A stretch of 61,265 bases of DNA, filler included, from Sphacelaria rigidula (lineage: Eukaryota): NCBI GenBank assembly GCA_964200075.2. It is 9 parts of 9 records of this genome, joined end to end, with 100 filler letters (N's around TTAATTAATTAA, not from the genome) between each part and the next. Parts side by side here need not be neighbours in the genome. Positions count along the whole stretch, not along the records: positions 34,096 to 40,813 come from CAXNAA020018440.1; positions 40,914 to 47,631 come from CAXNAA020018441.1; positions 47,732 to 54,448 come from CAXNAA020018442.1; 6 more parts are not named here. One strand, written 5' to 3'. The notes beneath the pieces are model-generated. The model ran no database searches and was not told where the DNA came from. It saw nothing but the letters and a program-made list of their open reading frames with translations. Positions 35,017 to 48,882 of this stretch are shown one piece after another. Positions within the stretch are counted from its first letter, which is position 1, and the number at the start of each line of letters is the position of its first letter. A program made the position numbers and the translations under genes.

Positions 35017-38000
35017 TTCTATTGATAGATTGATCGATTATCTCACGTTGGCTAATTGCAACAATCCAGCCCGTGGTCAGAAGCAACAAACACAAAAAAA
35101 ACAGATGCAATCTATGTACTGCAATCACACAACTGTGTGCTGAATGCTGCATTACAGTGCTGCTGGCCGTGCAGCACTCAGCGGAGAATTGGTGGATTTA
35201 TAACATGAGCGCCCATGGGAACAAGCGGTCAGCAAGTACTATTCATAATTCTCGGCCATTTCTTTTTTCCTCAAAGGAAGGAGGAAACCTTACCCGACAC
35301 TTATTGCTCGTACCCCACAAGCGTGTAGACCGCCTCGCGGCAGTCATGTGCGGTAGGCGCCTCGATAAAAGTTTGGGGGTCGAACCTACTAAAACCCTCC
35401 GTCAACTTGGCGCGGTGCACGAGTCGCCCCACTCTTACGAGCTCCGGCCCTCGTCATGTTTACAATGAGCGGATACCTGCACGGAAATCTAAAATCGTCA
35501 TCCTGTCTTTCGACCACGGGCCTGAGTGCAGGGGCCGATGCGATGGTAAAAAAGACTGCCTGAGGTTGCTTGTTTGACACGTTTACTACTTCCCTATCGC
35601 CACATGCGGACACGGTGTAGTAGCACTCGAGCCAAGCCCCCCTCGTTTCGGCACTGTCACCTTGCCACATACACTCACATCTTCTGCACCTAAACCTAGA
35701 AATCGTCACTATATTATTTTATCGTCAACATGACAAAGTATCACTTTCCTGTGTGGTGACCCGGTTGTGATGAAGATCACAATTGAAACGGACAGTACAG
35801 ACAGAGTAACATTTCTGTCCACACAGCACCAATATACACTGCACGACTACTACCACTGACCGTACAATACTGTCTGTGACTTGGAAGCTCCTGTGATGTT
35901 CTCTGCCCGACCATGCGTACATCCAAGTCGAGTCACCAGCATAATATGCACTCGCATTCACACATGCGACCTCGTCATACGATCCACGATACAAATCTGT
36001 ACGCTTTTCGCCTTAGGCCCTGAGCCATCCTGAAAGTGGTGTAGAGGTATAGCAGAAAAATACAATCGCAAATGAATAGAATCCTTGATTTTCGAGATAC
36101 GCAAAGGGACAACCCAGAGGGGAAGTGCGAATCTAGCGAAGCAGGGTTCATCATATGTACATCTAACTACATACTATTGTCCATCCTGCCCTACACGCTG
36201 CCAGTGCCACCGGGGGTTTGTGTACGAGTGCCTGATGAGAGTGCTGCGCAAGTTGCGAGATCAGCAAAAACGGCTGACCACCACTCTGCATGGTGCGCAA
36301 ACAGCCATTTGCATTCTTTACTCGTAGTGTACAGAGAGACTGCAGTCAGTACTCTACTGCACGCAGGTTGACATCACGAATAATTTTCTTGCTCCAGCAC
36401 TGAAATTTCCTTTGCTTTGGTGAAATTTGACGACGGACCGAAGCTCTTCCGCTTATTTCCAATTCCACATACTCAATGTATGAAAGCTCGAGGCGCTGCC
36501 ACAGGCTGACAGTACACGTGAGCCCTTCTGATCAAGTCCCATCTCGGACAACAGACAACATGCGGCACATCAATTGGTTGATCGTGTGTGACGAGGGCGG
36601 CGAAACAGCACTGTTGTGTACTGGACCGGATCCAAACCTATCGCTCCCCCACCAAGCTCCCACGGGAATATTTACATACGCCGCACGTCTCTTTTTGTAA
36701 CACCCAATAATGACAGACAATGTAGCCGCACAGAGTAATTCGCGCGTTCAGCGTCCAACCGAAAGCCCGCGTCGCGACGCCTAAACAGGCATTGACCCTC
36801 TCGTGTACAAGTATACTACACAAGCGTACAAGCTCACTCATGGTGGGTCGTGTGTGTGTGACCAGATCGAGCGCTTACGTCCGGCCATCACCTCCCAATC
36901 ATCGGCTTTCTCTCACCCCTCACCAGGACGCCCGCAGCGGATTTTTTTTGGACATATATTTTTTTACAGAGTGTAGTCGCTCACCCGCCTACCAACCATG
37001 CCAACATGCCATGAGAGGACTTCACTACGAGCACGAGCACCAACTGCCGTCGTAAGTGTAGATATTCACCTACAAGCCATCTCTTGCTAGCGAGCTCCAC
37101 CCCGCACTCACCTCCTAGGACCTGCTGCGCTGCTGTCGTGCTCCCAAGACGTTGACACGCTGTGCTGTGCTGCCCTGCCTATCCTCTTCGACTGAACGTC
37201 TTTTTAACCCTATCTCACGTACAAGTAGATGCCGCACGGCACAAACGATGTCGTCAAAAAGCTAACACTACTAGTTGTTGCCGTTGCTGTTGCCGTTGCT
37301 GCGTTGTCGTTGTCGTCGTTGTTGTTGATGTTGATAACCCTCCGTCTTGCGATATGTCGTGTCTGCTGCTTGATGCCTAAGGGGCAGTCCACACTGCCTG
37401 ATGTTGACCTACACACGTCACTCAGCTCACAATAACTTCCCACGCGAATACAACATGGAGTGATATTTGGTACTATTGTTGTACTGCTGCCGTGTGCCCT
37501 CTGCTTGTCTTGTGTCCATTTTTCTTCCTTGTCTGCGGCTAGTTTTGGAAAATAACAACCATTGACGTATGGTTTATAAGTTCCTCCGCCCGAAACGCCA
37601 CCGTCAAACTTCAGATATCCAGTGCCAGTGTTCCGCTGTTTTTTTGTTACTGCGAAACAGACGACTCCGAGTGAAACGGTGGATGATGGCAAAAGTCCCA
37701 ACTTCACCCCGGAGTTCCGCACGCCCCTGTTCATGCAGCTGCGGACGTGAAAGCATTGCCCACATGGAAGGAGTGGTCTCGAAGACGATCGAGGTGTGTT
37801 GATATATAGACAAGCAGTTCTTCTCGCAACGTGAAGCAATAACAGTACTGTCTACAACGAGCATTTTCAGAATCCGTGCAGCGTAGGGTAACCCCCCCCC
37901 CGCCCCCCCCCTCCCCGCGTCAAACCTGACCTCCGGTGTCATTGCAGAGCACCGCGCTCGCATTACGCCACCGGCAGAGACACGGGAGGTGTTTTCACCA

Positions 38001-39329
38001 GCCAGAGAGATCGCCTTTTCATTGGAAAAGGTTGTGCTGAAATCGATCCATTCCGCAGATGAGATGAGGCGACTGAAGTTTGAAAAGGTTTTAACTTACT
38101 CTCCGCACCAGTGCATGGACCATCTGGACTACTGTCGTGTACTGCACAACAGCACATACCAGCTGGGTACAGCACACCACAGCGCAGCACACCACAGTAC
38201 ACTATAGCACACCGCAGTACAGTATAGTACAGTACAGTAACGCTCAGGGCAGTGCAGAGCATTGCGCTGTCGACGAATTACGTAGTAGTTGCGGTATAGC
38301 TTCGTGCTGAAGTGCGTCCACAGCAAGAAGAACACGCCATGTATACTAAAAGTACGCGCAACAGTGTTGTTCCTTCTCCGTAATAGTGATGGATTTGTTT
38401 GAGAGAACTGATTGATTGATTGATTATCTCACATTAGCTGATTGCAACAATCCAGCCCGTGGTCAGGAGCAGCAAAAATAGAACATCATAATAATTAAAA
38501 AAAATACAAAAAATAAAGAAAGGAACAGAAAAACGACAGAAGCAACGGCCTCAGAAAGGAAAGAAAGGGGGCAGCGATAACAACAAAAAAACAACACCAC
38601 CAACAACAACAAACAACAACAGCAGTAACAACAAAATAACGACAAACACAAACACAAGAACGAACAAAGACAAAAAGGTTGATGATCGCGCATCACGTAG
38701 CTGATTGCAACACTCCAGCTCGTAATCAGAAACGAAAAGAAGAAACATCAAAAAAATGAGAGAAAAATGAAACAAAGGAAAACAAAAATAAAATATTAGG
38801 ACGCAAAAAAAGGGGAATACAATACTCGTACGGGCTCGTTCCGGCGGCGGGGGGGGAGGGGGGGGGGGAGAACAGACGAAACAAAAGCAAACAAATATGC
38901 AGCTTCTAGCAGATCCTGCCATATTCCGCAGTTTCATTTGTCTGAGACCAAGAGTGGAGATCATCACGGGAAGAGGAGGCAGGCACTTCCAGCATCAAGA
39001 GCTCGCTTCACCGGCGGTGTGCGAAGGTGTAAAAAGCACCATCACGCACGAGACCCGTCACAGCACACATCGCCAGCGATTGCTACTGAAAACAGGTGGC
39101 GTCCCGGTAGTACACAGCGACGTTGTACAGGATTCTCTACATGCCGGCCCCACCCCGCACGCACGGATTTCAAATCACACTTGTGCACAGTACAGTAGAA
39201 CAGTACGCGTGTGATGTGTTTCATGACGAGCCGCATGGACACAACTTACGATCTCACGACCAAGTACTGGTGGCAACAACTGTGTCGGATTCTTTTCAAC
39301 TGAGTGCTGATCGAGCAAAGTTTTCGACC

Positions 39330-39545
39330 GCCACCCAAGAATCCCTTTCGAAACATCGGTATCAAGCCGTTCCGACTCGAGTCTGTTTCTTCGTTGCGTC
39401 AAAATATGCCCACTCTGCGAGGATGCTCGTTCTGAGGGACCTGATGATGCTGGAACAGCCAGGGCTTTCCGAGCGACATGCGCAAGAAATGGGTATTTAT
39501 GCGCATGCAGCGCCAACCACTTGAGCGAGTTCTCGTTGATGGCCA
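39330..39545 (-). mobile_element. hAT transposase C-terminal dimerisation-domain fragment
   Basis: NSLKWLALHAHKYPFLAHVARKALAVPASSGPSERASSQSGHILTQRRNRLESERL matches the W...YP.L...AR..L.VPASS...ER.FS..G.....RR.RL pattern. Confidence 0.85.
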
Positions 39546-41344
39546 GAGCAGGTTCCATCGCAATGTCCAAAAATAAAAGAATAAAATCCGTGGATTTTTT
39601 CAAACGGCGCGGATTAGGATTGGAGTCAAACGGAGCGGATATCCGGAGTGGACGGAGCGGAGCACATCTCTAGTTTCGACACGACATTTTTTTATCATCT
39701 ACGCACAACCAGTGTTGCGCAAAAAAAAAAAAAGAAGCGTTTTTCGGAACAGAATCTGACCGCTTTTCTCTCTAGTGCGCAGTACTGCAGCGCACAGCAC
39801 CAGATAGAACGACGTGGAACTGTTGACTGTGCTTCGCACAGCATATGGGCGAAGTTTCAGCGCCTCGCAGCGGCTAGAGCGCGCGTAGGGCCGTGCATCA
39901 TGAACTGCGCAGCTCTACAGATTATATGCCGATCGGTACACTACAGGTGATCATGATCCAGAAAGGGTCGCAGTACAGACCGGTTTCAGTTTGCTTCCAC
40001 ATCACCCGCCCAGCCGCTCAACATGTCTAAGTATGTCCATCTACGCGTGCATATATGCATTCGCCTGTAGTGCGCAAAGTCTGGGCTGCTGTATAGCCTA
40101 TTTGAGGGCGCATGGACGACATTCCCCGAAATCGCTTGTGGCCATGTTGTAGGAGAATCTGGGGCCCAATCGCGCGGATGCTTCGCGCATATGCTGTCGG
40201 TGTTGTGTCCAACTAGTGTGCAAAGTTTCATGATGGAATGTGCAGTCGCAGGCGAGAAATCCACAAGCAAAGTTGCACTGGAAATTGTGAGTTATAGCCT
40301 CTGCCAGACGATCTGGACAAGAGGGCTATTCAGTGAGGGACTTCTCCAGAATCCACTGGCCTCACTCTCCATAAGACTTCTCTTAGAGCTTCCATTCATG
40401 AAGTGAGCAGCCACGACCTGTACCATCAGGCTTAGGCTACACAGCAAGGGTCATCAGCCCTTGTCGCCTGGTCATCATCCAGGATCCTACACATGCTACA
40501 TCTACTACGCCTTGGTGTATTTTGGCTACAGCACCCCCAAAGCGAGTTCAAGACAAACGAACGAGCTTGACAACCAACAAAAACCAAGGCAAATTCGCAT
40601 GCTCCAAATCACAGAGAAATGCCATACTCCGACGCTAATTCACTTGTCAGCGCCCGAGTCAACCTCAGTTTACGCAATTCCTGCGCAACAAATTCAGGCG
40701 CAAAAACATATCTTTCGAAGAGACTTCTACGTACTTTCTTCAGCACCGAACCCATCTCAATCGACCAAAACAATAACATGACCATTGCTTCAGAACCATT
40801 CGACCAATGGGTANNNNNNNNNNNNNNNNNNNNNNNNNNNNNNNNNNNNNNNNNNNNTTAATTAATTAANNNNNNNNNNNNNNNNNNNNNNNNNNNNNNN
40901 NNNNNNNNNNNNNCCCCCCCCCCCCTATCGTAGCATGGCTCGGGGGTCGAATTATAACCGAAACCGTGATGTTTCGGTGATGATGACGGATGTTGGCGTC
41001 GTGTAATTCCCGTTAATGATGCGCACGAAGGACCCCGGGAGCCTCGTGACGGTGTCCCCTATATCTGTTGTAGAAAGCTCAGATCGCCCTCAAACTTGGC
41101 AGTCCCGCACGTATTCGTGCTCAAAATGGAAAAAGTGTATTCTTGACATTATTTCGTAGTTGCTCCGTTCTCTACCGACTTCCGGGGGTCCCAGTATGAA
41201 GACCCCTGGAAGGCGGTACAGCATGTCCCAATAGAAACAAAACAACATGATGCGTCCCGGAGGTAGTCCAAGCAACACATGTACAATTTTTGGTGAAGAA
41301 AAATACAGTGTTCCTTGCCTTGACGTGATATTCACCGATAAAGA

Positions 41345-42030
41345 CGTTCCTATACTAAAACCGAGTAGTTAGGAGTTGCACGTTTCAAGCCCACGTCCTC
41401 CACAAAGGCGCAAGCCTTCACGCCGTCATTAGAAGTTAGACCCTGAAACGTTTTCACAGATATGCTGCGTCATTACGCTACTTTCTATGGACGAGGTTTT
41501 GTACTTCCACAGTGTTTTTACCGTTTTCCGGGGGTCCGACGGGATCCAAGTCTTATTTCGAAGTAGTCTCCATTCTGGGACCCCGGAAAACCAGCACTAC
41601 TACGATTTTTTTCAACTTTTTCGCACACGAGCTGTCGCTGGATAACCCAAGGAAGGGTCCCACAAAATCTCGTCGCAAAATTCGATCAACTGAAGCTTGA
41701 ATTTTCATGTTCACGTCAAAGGAAGCCCAAAAACGCCATTTTGATACAAAAATCAAGTAGTTTGCGGTTTCACCGCGGTACGCCAAGGTTTATCGCCCAA
41801 AAGCGAAAACTCTCACGTCGTCTTGAGGAGTTGGATGTTTTCCCGAAAAAATGGGGACCCCCGGAAAACGATGAAGAACTTCGAGGAGTAAAAAAACTCG
41901 CTCTTAGGAAGTTGCGTACTGACCCATAAAACATCTGTGCAAAATTTCAGGGTCTAACTAATTCTTCAAAACGGCGTGAGGTTTTGCCGACGTGTGTTTT
42001 TTGGGTGATGAGCGTGAACCAGCTCGTAGA
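41345..42030. repeat. Interspersed ~700-bp repeat with internal inverted subrepeats; reverse-orientation copy at about 60430-61185
   Basis: Shared motifs agttagaccctgaaa / tttcagggtctaact, ccgttttccgggggtccgacgggatccaagtc / gacttggatcccgtcggacccccgaaaaacgg, and gtagttaggagttgcac / gtgcaaactcctaactac. Confidence 0.75.
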
Positions 42031-43303
42031 TCGGGCTGGCCCCATATCCCAAGGTTTTACACGGACATGTGTAGCTGCTACTTGTGCTGGAATTTCGAGC
42101 GAAGTTCGCACGAGTCGAACGACTCGTGACAATGGTAGTGATTCAGTTGTAAGTTATGGAAATGATATGTGCAAGTTGGTATCGATTCAGATACGAAAAA
42201 TTGCGAATGATGAGTGCGAGTCCGACTCGCGAGTTACACGATTATCGCGGAAAACGATCAGCCCCGCGTCGACTCTCAGTGAAAAAATAATTCCTCTTCT
42301 ACTCACGCCTATGCGCGTTCAACGGCGGAAATCAGACACTCATCGAACAAACCTTGGTGCATCTGAGAGGGTTCGAACCCTAAATCTTCCGCCGCAGCAG
42401 GTTTTAGTTGTATACCATTTTGACGAACATGGCGCGGTGGTTGTTTTACCGCCATGTCGGCTAGCACGGAACCTCACCCTTAACAATAGCAACAGCAATG
42501 CCCAGACAACTGACTGGGGGAAAGTTAGGAATCGAAAGAAATCTTCGGTGGCGTTCACCTCCTCAACGACCCTCGTGACGACCCCCGGCACACACCAGTG
42601 GCCACACGTATCGAATCTAATATCGACGAGACAGTCATGTCATTCGTGTTGCTTCTCTGTACAGAAAACGAAGGATCGAAAGGGGAAACATTTCAGATGT
42701 TCGTGGTACGCGTAATGCGTGAGGGGCCGCGTGTTTCTTACACTCCATCGGAGTTTGAATACCCCCATGGTTTAGGATAGGGTTTATGTCAGCGACGCGG
42801 TCCATGCAGAGACAGGCCCGAGCAGTCATGAAACACGTCGATCCTGTAGTGTCCAAGTTATGATGCGGTTCAACAAGCACGCGGTCCTCCCTCGCATCAC
42901 AGTACGTTTCTTACTTAGTGGATGAGATTGCGTTCCTCTCCGACCTTTTGCATGGTGACGTTATCACCAATGTCCCCATTCATGTGCACAGTAGTCCCAC
43001 GACTTATCATTGCTGTGCTAGTAGCTTTCCCTGTTTACGTACGGAAATGTGGTGTTTGTTCATCGGGGCGAAATTGCAGTCTGTAGTTGAATAATAAGTA
43101 CATGGTCAAACTCAACATATTATGCCCACCTGTATGTACAAATGTCAATGCCGACTTCGTCTTATATTGTCAACCCTCGCAGTTAGCCTGGCCATGACTT
43201 GAAGGGTTAATGCTAGCGCGCTGTTCGAAACCCCTTCTTAGATTCCTAACGACACTGCTGCTACTCTTGTTCACCTGTGTACCGCTGTGCGACCTAATTG
43301 CAG

Positions 43304-43490
43304 CATCGAAGGGGCGCCCATGTGCGGCTGCCTCGAGGAAATGCCTGAGGTTTCAGAGGCAGACTGCAGCGCACCCAATGAAGAGGGCAAGTACAAGGCT
43401 TGCACCAAGAATGACCTCCGCACCCGGTACTTCGAGTTGTACCCCCAGGGCAACATAACAAATCTCGTGGAGACGTGCGACAACGAGTAG
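43304..43490 (+). CDS. Terminal exon of a Cys-rich uncharacterised protein (IEGAPMCGCLEEMPEVSEADC...TCDNE*)
   Basis: Branch-point-like ctaat plus tgcag acceptor, coding-like composition, TAG stop. The GAPMCGC.E.MP.VS.ADC motif looks like one I recall from uncharacterised stramenopile proteins (not verified). Upstream exons not found. Confidence 0.6.
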
Positions 43491-44133
43491 AATGAGTACT
43501 GTAGCAGCTGCGCTGACAACATCGAGCTTTACCACGTCACGACCGTAGTGAGTAGACAGGCCGACACTGTTCGTGGCGATGTGTTCGTAGTTTTCAATGT
43601 TGGTGGTGTCCGTTCGGTGTGCGATGCCACCGCGCGACATACGTCCGTTCGCGTGAATGATGTTGGAAGTGGGTACAACGTTCCTACTTGAGCGTGTTCG
43701 GCGTACGTAATTCACGCGTATCAGGTAGCAAGAGGGTGGTCGATACCCATTCAGGCAAGCGGTGTGGCTTCAACCCAGTCAGGTTTGCCCATCTGTTGAG
43801 CCAGCGTGAAAGTATTGGCACGAACTCTATCTTGAATATTTTATAGCCTCCGTACATGAAGCCATTCGGCAGGGTTCGGTCGTTCTTTTTCATCGGGACC
43901 GGTACCAGGAGGAGGCGTATCTTGACTTCGTCGTTTCGTGTTTCTTTTTTCTCCCGGTGTCCTCTTCGTTTCCCCTACCCCTGTTTTACTTTTCGACTTA
44001 AATTTTATTTATTTTTCTTCTCCTACTTTCGTTTCGTTTCCATCAAGTTGTTCCGTTTACTCTCCTCTGTATTTCTTCATGATAGAAACTACGAGCGAGG
44101 CACGCTCGAGGGTTTTTTGTTTCGCGATAAAAC

Positions 44134-44482
44134 GCGCCCATGAGTGTGTTAGACGACTTCACAAACTCGTGAAGGATTGTAGCATTGAAACAAAATGTTT
44201 TCAAGTTGTTCGAATACGTCCATCCATCATGTTGTCACCAAGAATTCTCGGTTGGATGCTTTTGATTGTATGTGGCGACCGTGTATTATAGTAGAGGGAC
44301 TCAAGGCACGTTCCAGGGGGGTTGTGTTGCGACAAAGCGCGCCCATAAGTGTGTTGGACGACTTCACACACTCGTGATGAACTGTAACATTTGATCAAAA
44401 TATTGTCAAAGTTGTTCGAATGCGTCCATTATATTGCCAAGAATTTTCGGTCGGATACTTCTGATTGTATGTGGCGACTGTG
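44134..44482. repeat. Diverged tandem duplication, period about 205 bp
   Basis: gcgcccat.agtgtgtt.gacgacttcaca ... gattgtatgtggcgac at 44134 and 44339. Confidence 0.75.
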
Positions 44483-45950
44483 TACTGTAGTAGAGTGACT
44501 CCTTCGTGCAAGAACTGGCGTAACCCCCCCCCCCCTCCTCTCGTTAAGATTTGTTTTTCCCCGTGGTGCATCATTGATTGCATGTATAAAATAGATGTAG
44601 AGGAGTACATGGCTACCGCACAAGTCAAGAACCCTGCACAGCGGTGCACGATCAACCGAACATATGTTCAAGATGCTGATCTTGTTGGGTACAAGATATG
44701 AGAAACGGAAGTAGATGCGGGTTAATTGATGTACCGCCACTTTCAGTACACCCGGACTTCTGTGTGGTGTGAGAAATCCAAGCTGTCCTCTTTACCGGTA
44801 GTGGCCTGGCCGATGTGAGGGAAAAAACGAGTCTATACGGTTTACACGATACAATGGTTATATAGTCTGTAGTGGTCACATGTTTTGTATAGTTGACTGG
44901 AGGAACCGAATAGAAGCTTCGTACTGCTGACTGGGTGCAGTTTGAACGGTATACTGCAGAGCCTTGGGTATCGAGAGATATATTGAGACGAGCGAGTCGC
45001 GCGATAACCATAGACTGGCAAGGTTTGGCAGAGAGTTGGAGTGCAGCTCATTGACGTGTTTCAGAAATGTTGAGTCATTATTGGTATATAGCTCCAAGAG
45101 AGCACTGGCCAAAATTGTATATTTGGCGGTTTGCTATGGCGTTGGATCACGGTAATCGCAACCGGCAGATGCCAATGATTTTTGCCGTGACAAGTCAGCT
45201 ATCACGAGTGCCTCTCAGGTGTCTGAAGTGCGGAAGGCTGAGCGTGCAGATTTCAAACCACGAATGGTCGTTCGTGTTAGTACGGGGGAAGGTTGAGTGT
45301 ACAGTGTTGTTCACAGCGTGAACGGTTGTTCGTGAGTAAAGAGCTCATTTTTTGTTCAAGGGGTGTATATCTTGGCCTCATGCTACACCGGTCACTCTCT
45401 TCCAACCACCCTTTTTTCCAGCTTTGTGTTGCTGCAAGAAGACTTGGAGTCTTTTTCTTGTTGGCCAAATACTCGTCTGTGGAACGCATCCGTTTCTTTC
45501 TTCTGCTGCACGATGTTTGAGTGTTTGTAGCTTCGTGGCCCCGTGAGAGGATGGGGTACAGACTCGACTCAGATAGTCGATCAATGACACGACTGCAATA
45601 GTCGATCAATGGACACGGCTGACTGCCGATCAAGATGAGGTAGAAATGTATATAAAGCTTTGTTGATGAAGAAGGAAGGAAGGGGAGTGATCGCAGTTGG
45701 GATCTAGGTCCCAACATGCGACGAGCACCACTCACGTATGTCCAGTCACGAACATCACAAGATAAAGTCATCCCGTGTAGTACCCGGAACTCAAACAGGT
45801 GTATCACTAAACTGTTGTACGTTACCGTGACTAGGTGTATCTTACTGACCAGCGCAGGCTATCCTACGAACACCCCCCCATTGACTGCGGTGTCAAAAGT
45901 AAGGTTCAAGGACCATGCTCAGTGAACAGAACTACCCACCGGAAAAAATA

Positions 45951-46086
45951 AACTCTTCCGCTCACGGCGCATTCAACTGGTGGTGTATCCTCTCAAGAAA
46001 TGATTTCCATCAGCAACAATAAAGAACTCTTCCGCTCACGGCGCATTCAACAGGTGTATCCTCCTAAGAAATGAATTTCATCAGCA
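45951..46086. repeat. Tandem duplication, period about 74 bp
   Basis: aactcttccgctcacggcgcattcaac...ggtgtatcct...aagaaatga...catcagca present twice. Confidence 0.8.
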
Positions 46087-47801
46087 CCCGTAAAACCACC
46101 GTAAATCCCGCAACTCGTCACTTCTTCCAACGACTATGGGACCAGCCTAGAATCAAATACATCGGTACATTTCTTTTCACACCAAGACAAGAAAAAACAG
46201 GGATAGATGAGCTGTGTGCTTTATCACACTGTAGCTCCAGACGGTCAATCCCAGCGAAACGCAAGTCAAATTCTTCGAGTGTACTGGCCCATGCCCCTTA
46301 CAATAGCGTGGGTGGTCGTACTTCGCATTCGAGTAACCTGCACTACGCACGCGAGACCAAGCTCCTAGGTGCCATATATGAACCCACACAACACAGTGCA
46401 GTTGACAACTTTCGAAACTCGGATCACATGTTGCAGAATCCACTTCACCGTCAGTCAACTGCCTACATTACAAGAATCAAATTTCAAAATTCAAAATCAG
46501 CAATCCATACTAGAGTAATACCTACGTCATTAAACCACACTAGACACTCACTACATCTACTTGACCCCTTATTCCCCCTCAATGACTGGCGGAGCAGAGC
46601 AGCTCAACACCTCCAGACAAGACACACGATCAGCATCAGCCCCTCCCAATTCTTGCTCATCAAAGTCTCGCCCCCCCCGCTTCTAGGCCACGGGGAAGGA
46701 GTGCTGCATTCACCATATTTCCCCCGTAGCGGGGAGATTTGGAGCGAGGGGTTGATCTTGATCCTGGTCGGTCACCGCCCTCCAAAACCATCCGTCATGT
46801 CATGCTCGAGTCAGCCTTACAGACAGCACCTGTGTCGGACAAAAATGTTTTTTTTTGGAGGCTCAGCGTCTCACATATCGAGCAGACCCGAGGGGAATGG
46901 GCAGTGGGACAACAGAAAGGAAAAGTATTAATATCCGTGTTACTCAGGCGCGTCAATCACTAACCGATAAACATACTCTCACCACGTACCGTACTGTGGT
47001 GTCGCGTTACGGCAGTCGCGAACGCACACCCACATATTTTACGTGGGTCCAGCACTATTATTTCAACTCTTCAATTCTCCTTCACATACCACACATGGAT
47101 CAAACGGCAGTTCGGCCGCGACCATCCTGGTTGCATGAAACAGTACACTTTGCCTTTTACATGCCGTGCCAACATGTGTAAACCTGTATGGAATTCGCCT
47201 GGCCAGCCAACCGAGCAACGACCAGCGCAATAGCGTAATACAGTGCATTTTTCTTTTATCATGCTGTGCACATGAATCGCATCTCGCACATAACGTCAGC
47301 TCTTCTATCTATTAGCCATCAAACATGGGTCATATGCGTTTTGCTGACCTGTAGCACAGGAACTTTGTGCCCGCAGTCACTCTTCCGATATTATCATGAT
47401 CAGGCCAAGCTACTAGTATTGCGCTATACTCAGCCTTGCTCCTGCCATAACAACGAAGTCTTATCAACCAATCCAGTCAAGAAGCCGATGCCTCGCGAAT
47501 CCTACACCTCTCGGAAGGATACAAATTTTTCACTTAGATGTCGAGTTTCGGAACCCACCTCAAATTTTGTGGTCTCAACCATCGTTCATCCGCATACCCC
47601 TCTGCGGAACATTTTACCGACATCACCCTCTNNNNNNNNNNNNNNNNNNNNNNNNNNNNNNNNNNNNNNNNNNNNTTAATTAATTAANNNNNNNNNNNNN
47701 NNNNNNNNNNNNNNNNNNNNNNNNNNNNNNNCCAACCCCATCGGGTGTCCGCCCCTACAAAGCCGGGACGGAGCATGCCGGGTTCTCGCCGGACCAGGCT
47801 T

Positions 47802-48882
47802 GGGGGGCGCGTACTCATTTGTTGCTTGCCTTAGTCGTTTGGCCGTTGACCATGCATACCCTTCGAGACGAAGCACCGTTTCTACTCCCAATAGAGACAC
47901 GTCCAACATTCAGGTGCTCATCACGTCTCTTCCATATAATGCACATAAACATATATCATCCCCGTCCTCTTTCGCCGTCTATGGCCACCATCTATCTCCT
48001 AATGTAGCCATCGTTTTCTCCCTACTGTCTACTACATCAAACGATTTCATGCCACCTTCGTTCACGTCCCGCAAACCCTTCTCTGGCACGCCCCGTTTCT
48101 CCTTGTATACAAAATTTTACATTCTGCCACTAGATGCTCTTGATTGCTTTGCCACAGGGGTAGTTCTGTGCATCTACTCCCTCCTCCACTCGACTACTGG
48201 TGAATCTCTTTCTGGCAGGTCCAGGTCCCCCACCCGAAATCGCAGTTTGATATTTTTCGCAGCGTCCATGGAGTCATGCAGATATGTTTTGATCCCGATC
48301 CTGTCTTTCAACCCTCATATATCTTCAGGTGTTTTTTCTCGTCTACTTTGCGTATGCGGGGGGGCGTATAGATTTGTTGCTTGGCTTGGTCGTTTGACCA
48401 TTGACCACGCGTCCCTTTCGAGACGGAGCACGTATGCGGGGGGGGGGGAGCGTGAGCTCATGATCATGCATGCCATAGTCACACGGGGGAGGGGCGGCGT
48501 ACTCATTTATTGCTTGCCTCAGTCGTTCGACCATTGACCACGCATACCTTTCGAGACGGAGCACCGTTCCTGCTCCCAATAGAGACACCTTCAACATTCA
48601 GGTGCTCATTACACTTCTTCCATAATTTATACAAAAAATGTTTACATATCTTATACCCGTCCTATTTCGCCGTCTGTGGCCACCATCTATCTCCTAGTAT
48701 AGTCATCGTTTTCTCCCTACTGTCTAATACATCAAACGATTCCATGCCATCTTCGTTTACGTCCCGCATTCCCCCCCCCCAGCACGTCCCGTTTCTCCTT
48801 GTATAGTTCACATCCTGTCACTAAGTGACTTCTGCTCTCTATTGCTCTGCCACAGGGGTCATTCCGTCCATCTACTTCCTCC
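47802..48882 (-). mobile_element. Three stacked 5'-truncated 3' ends of the oligo(C)-tailed LINE (about 47802-48349, 48365-48430, 48491-48882)
   Basis: Each begins on the + strand with a G-run then cgtactcattt.ttgcttgcct, or a variant. The middle copy is flanked by the direct repeat cgtatgcggggggg (48351-48364, 48431-48444). Homologous to 30490-31038. Confidence 0.85.

Noticed and set aside
35700..37960. Scattered minus-strand ORF pieces on contig 6
   Set aside because: No recognisable domain and no consistent exon chain; cannot be supported without a search.
45067..45321. Faint resemblance to a retroviral-type integrase segment
   Set aside because: Too short and lacking catalytic motifs.
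46071..46931. 286-aa ORF
   Set aside because: Begins inside a tandem duplication, is compositionally non-protein-like and has no motifs.
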